The translations under genes were made by a program, and so were the position numbers. This document shows, piece after piece, positions 18,001 through 20,000 of a stretch of DNA of 20,000 nucleotides. Source of the stretch: Catajapyx aquilonaris (lineage: Eukaryota); NCBI GenBank assembly GCA_000934665.2, contig KZ538817.1, positions 112,644 through 132,643 of the forward strand. The letters run 5' to 3'. Every line of letters starts with the position of its first letter. Position 1 is the stretch's first letter. Below the pieces are notes generated by a model, which was not told where the DNA came from, did no database searches, and was given only the letters and a program-made list of their open reading frames with translations.

Positions 18001-20000
18001 GATGCTCCCTCACGGGGAGCCGATATGGCCGATAGAAAACCCGTCGGGCCGAATGTAGCAGCTTATTTAACGGCTATTAATAACAGTTATTTCGAGTCGC
18101 AATAGCTGTTAACGGCATATTACCTGGGATCTTGCCGATCAACCGCTTCTTCGCTTGTCACAAGTTGAAGTGGGAGGGATTCCTTGAACGGAAAACCTGC
18201 AAAACTCTCGAAAATCTTACCGAATGGCGTGAAAAAGGTCGAAATAGGCACTAATAGGTGCTAATAGGCCATTTAGGTCCCAACACCCGAAATAGGCATT
18301 TTTAGGTTCTATAAAACTACGATTTTTTAGGTCCTTGTGTTAGGAAACGGATAGATATTTTGGTTCCGGTGTTCTGCCTACAAAAGAAAAAGTAGGTAAA
18401 AACCTAGAAATCCGTTCTCTATTGATAAGTGTTAGGAATATCCAGGAATCCCTGAAATCTGGAGTGATTTGTGTTTACACAAGATTCCGTAAAGTAGTTG
18501 GACCAAATCCAGATGCTTGAATGGGATGGAAGTGTGGCTGTTAAATTGATTTCTCCTATTGCAATTAGCTAATTGGCTGCAAGTCACCCAGTTATCAAAG
18601 TAAAAAAAAAAAAGTATCTGTGAAATAACCTAGCTTGCAGAGTTGCTTAGGTTGTGGGATTGATGGGATTATCACTTATGGATGCGTACTCCCTGACAGA
18701 AGGTGACTCAGTCTCAGAGGAAGAGGAAGACTATAGTGATGACAACTTTAATGAGGGGGAACTGGACCATGACTGTACCTTGGATGACAAATTGCGACTC
18801 TGCATACCATCTGAGGTAAGCTCGCTATGGCCCAGTTGTATAAATGGTTTTTAGGAGAGCTCCCACCTGGCACTCTCTTACCTGCAGGGGCCCTCCTACC
18901 TCTATTTGGTATGCACTGGTCATGCGCTAACTGAAATCACTCCTACCCTTTCTGACTGGGAATTGTGCCTGGATATTGGGTCACTCTTTCAACAAAACTA
19001 TTATTGATAAAAACAGTGTCAAGTAAATTTTTACAGTGATGTGGAATAACATACAGATAGAGCTTACAACAACAAAATAAAGTAGGTATATTTCTGCAGG
19101 CTAGGCTAGGGACCCAACAGGCCTCAGGTATGATAGCATGTGGATTTCCGCCAGTCTTTATCATAGCTGGAAAAGACCACTCACAGATTCAAATGGTGGT
19201 TAGGAACTGCATTAGTTGAAGAAGTAGGCCTCAAAGCCAGCTAGTATGTTCCATCATTTCAATCACAGCAACCTTTGACATTCATAACCTGCACAAAATA
19301 GTTGTGCATGGCATATGACCTATCCTGAAACACCCTTTCCCATCTCCACCCTCGCACCAAAAACTTGTCCAATACTTGTAGAACTTGCAAATCTAACTCA
19401 GTTTTTTGCTGACTGGCTGTAGCTCAATAGTCAGCCATCTTCAATTTGGGTTGGCAGTAGAGAGTGGCATGTAGGGGTCAGGTTGAACCTTCCTAAGGCA
19501 AAGTCGCTCCCAGTAGGACAGGCTGGTGCAACAGAAATCCTCCTTGGGAGCTTCCCTACATGTATTATACATTTATATCATTTGCCCAAGTGTCTACCCA
19601 GTGTGAAACTTCATTTGGATTCTATGTTCCATTTTTCAGGTGCATGAAGCTGTTGTGAAGCATGACCTCATAAATAAGGTCTTGTGCAAGGCAAATCTTC
19701 CTGCAGAAAACAACATGAAGGTCTTGCAGGAAGATGAAGCAGGCCGCAAGGTGCTGGTGAAGCTTGCCACACTGCGTTGCCGTTCTTTCTTATGCCTGCA
19801 TAACCTGGTGGTCAACCTGGATGTGGAAGAACTAGGGGGAGCCCCACTGCTGTATGATGTGTGGCAGAATCTAAGCAGCCTGGTGTTTAAGCAAGGAGGA
19901 GCTTCCCTACCAGAAGAGGAGGATTCGGAGCTTCTGGAGGCTGCCACTTCAGCCATGAGAGCATTGGTGCAGAAACTGGCAGAGATGCAATGGAGTGACT
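8928..20000 (+). CDS. HEATR3: HEAT repeat-containing protein 3 (Syo1/symportin-like), spliced, 3'-partial; join(8928..9095,10423..10595,10666..10750,16868..16974,17037..17146,17207..17650,18700..18815,19640..>20000)
   Basis: Basic N-terminus [105 protein letters not shown] followed by an acidic loop; LDVEELGG...LEAATSAMRAL. All recall human HEATR3 motifs in the same order. Seven GT-AG introns with consistent phases; gccATGg context. Confidence 0.93.
10423..10595 (+). CDS. HEATR3: HEATR3 exon 2
   Basis: tgcag acceptor; LQRATVEDKECALSTLA...[10 protein letters not shown]; donor gtaagt, phase 2. Confidence 0.92.
10666..10750 (+). CDS. HEATR3: HEATR3 exon 3
   Basis: T-rich tract then aag acceptor; [28 protein letters not shown]; donor gtaggt. 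Confidence 0.9.
11257..11387. mobile_element. Short foldback/MITE, probably piggyBac-like
   Basis: 51-bp inverted arms (11257-11307, 11337-11387) with 2 mismatches and a 29-nt spacer. Ends CCCT...AGGG are flanked by ATAA and TTTT, a possibly degenerate TTAA target. Confidence 0.7.
11890..16810. promoter_or_regulatory. Putative intronic cis-regulatory island in HEATR3 intron 3
   Basis: Shift from AT-rich, CpG-poor to GC/CpG-rich sequence; no convincing ORF or TIRs; octamer, COE/EBF, Su(H), E-box and TAAT motifs. Function is inferred only; boundaries are approximate. Confidence 0.45.
16231..16261. repeat. (GA)n microsatellite containing an ambiguous base
   Basis: About 15 GA units with N at 16241. 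Confidence 0.9.
16868..16974 (+). CDS. HEATR3: HEATR3 exon 4
   Basis: tttgcag acceptor; EYTNWAPKSK...FIQVVNLLWNL(C); donor gtatgc, phase 2. Confidence 0.88.
17037..17146 (+). CDS. HEATR3: HEATR3 exon 5
   Basis: tttcag acceptor; [23 protein letters not shown]...RLSV; donor gtaagc, phase 1. Confidence 0.92.
17207..17650 (+). CDS. HEATR3: HEATR3 exon 6
   Basis: tttcag acceptor; (A)[11 protein letters not shown]...[15 protein letters not shown]; donor gtaaag, phase 1. Confidence 0.92.
17789..18421. mobile_element. Non-autonomous hAT-like DNA transposon (MITE), 633 bp, in HEATR3 intron 6
   Basis: Perfect 21-bp TIRs TAGAGAACGGATTTCTAGGTT (17789-17809; reverse complement at 18401-18421). Perfect 8-bp TSD TTGATAAG (17781-17788, 18422-18429). 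Subterminal AATAGG repeats; no transposase ORF. Confidence 0.9.
18700..18815 (+). CDS. HEATR3: HEATR3 exon 7 (acidic loop)
   Basis: cag acceptor (NAGNAG); (E)GDSVSEEEEDYSDDNF...LCIPSE; donor gtaagc, phase 0. Confidence 0.85.
19640..20000 (+). CDS. HEATR3: HEATR3 exon 8, continues beyond the window
   Basis: tttttcag acceptor; VHEAVVKHDLINKVL...CLHNLVVNLDVEELGG...LEAATSAMRALVQKLAE, open to the window end. Confidence 0.92.
   Translation, partial: MHEAVVKHDLINKVLCKANLPAENNMKVLQEDEAGRKVLVKLATLRCRSFLCLHNLVVNLDVEELGGAPLLYDVWQNLSSLVFKQGGASLPEEEDSELLEAATSAMRALVQKLAEMQWSD

Noticed and set aside
19289..19398. Possible decayed LINE reverse-transcriptase C-terminal fragment (LHKIVVHGI*PILKHPFPSPPSHQKLVQYL*NLQ)
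   Set aside because: Only a faint resemblance to the VRPILEY...LEKVQ motif, with stops; needs a profile search (nhmmer/Dfam or tBLASTn) to support.
9096..19639. Intronic snoRNAs in HEATR3, expected for a ribosome-biogenesis host gene
   Set aside because: No convincing box C/D pair with a terminal stem or H/ACA structure seen by eye; an Rfam/Infernal scan would be decisive.
1..20000. Prokaryotic-type systems (CRISPR arrays, operons, IS elements), rRNA or tRNA
   Set aside because: The sequence is spliced eukaryotic DNA; no regularly spaced repeats or structural RNA signatures were seen.

Overview
Eukaryotic, intron-containing animal DNA; the protein style suggests an invertebrate, probably an arthropod, but the species cannot be determined. 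It holds two tandem + strand genes. (1) A 5'-truncated ZNF423/ZNF521 (Oaz) family multi-C2H2 zinc-finger transcription factor: 7 visible coding exons, 1633-7492, about 1208 codons, 27 canonical fingers plus one atypical all-Cys finger. (2) A 3'-truncated HEATR3 (Syo1-like) HEAT-repeat ribosome-biogenesis gene: ATG at 8928, 8 visible exons, running off the window end. All inferred introns are GT-AG and keep the reading frame. Introns hold a 633-bp hAT-like non-autonomous transposon with perfect TIRs and an 8-bp TSD, a piggyBac-like MITE hairpin and older inverted repeats. Most notably, ZNF423 and HEATR3 are also near neighbours in human (16q12.1). Here the 6.1-kb HEATR3 intron 3 carries a ~4.9-kb GC/CpG-rich, motif-dense non-coding island, which suggests an ancient genomic regulatory block with Oaz enhancers inside a housekeeping bystander gene (inference).
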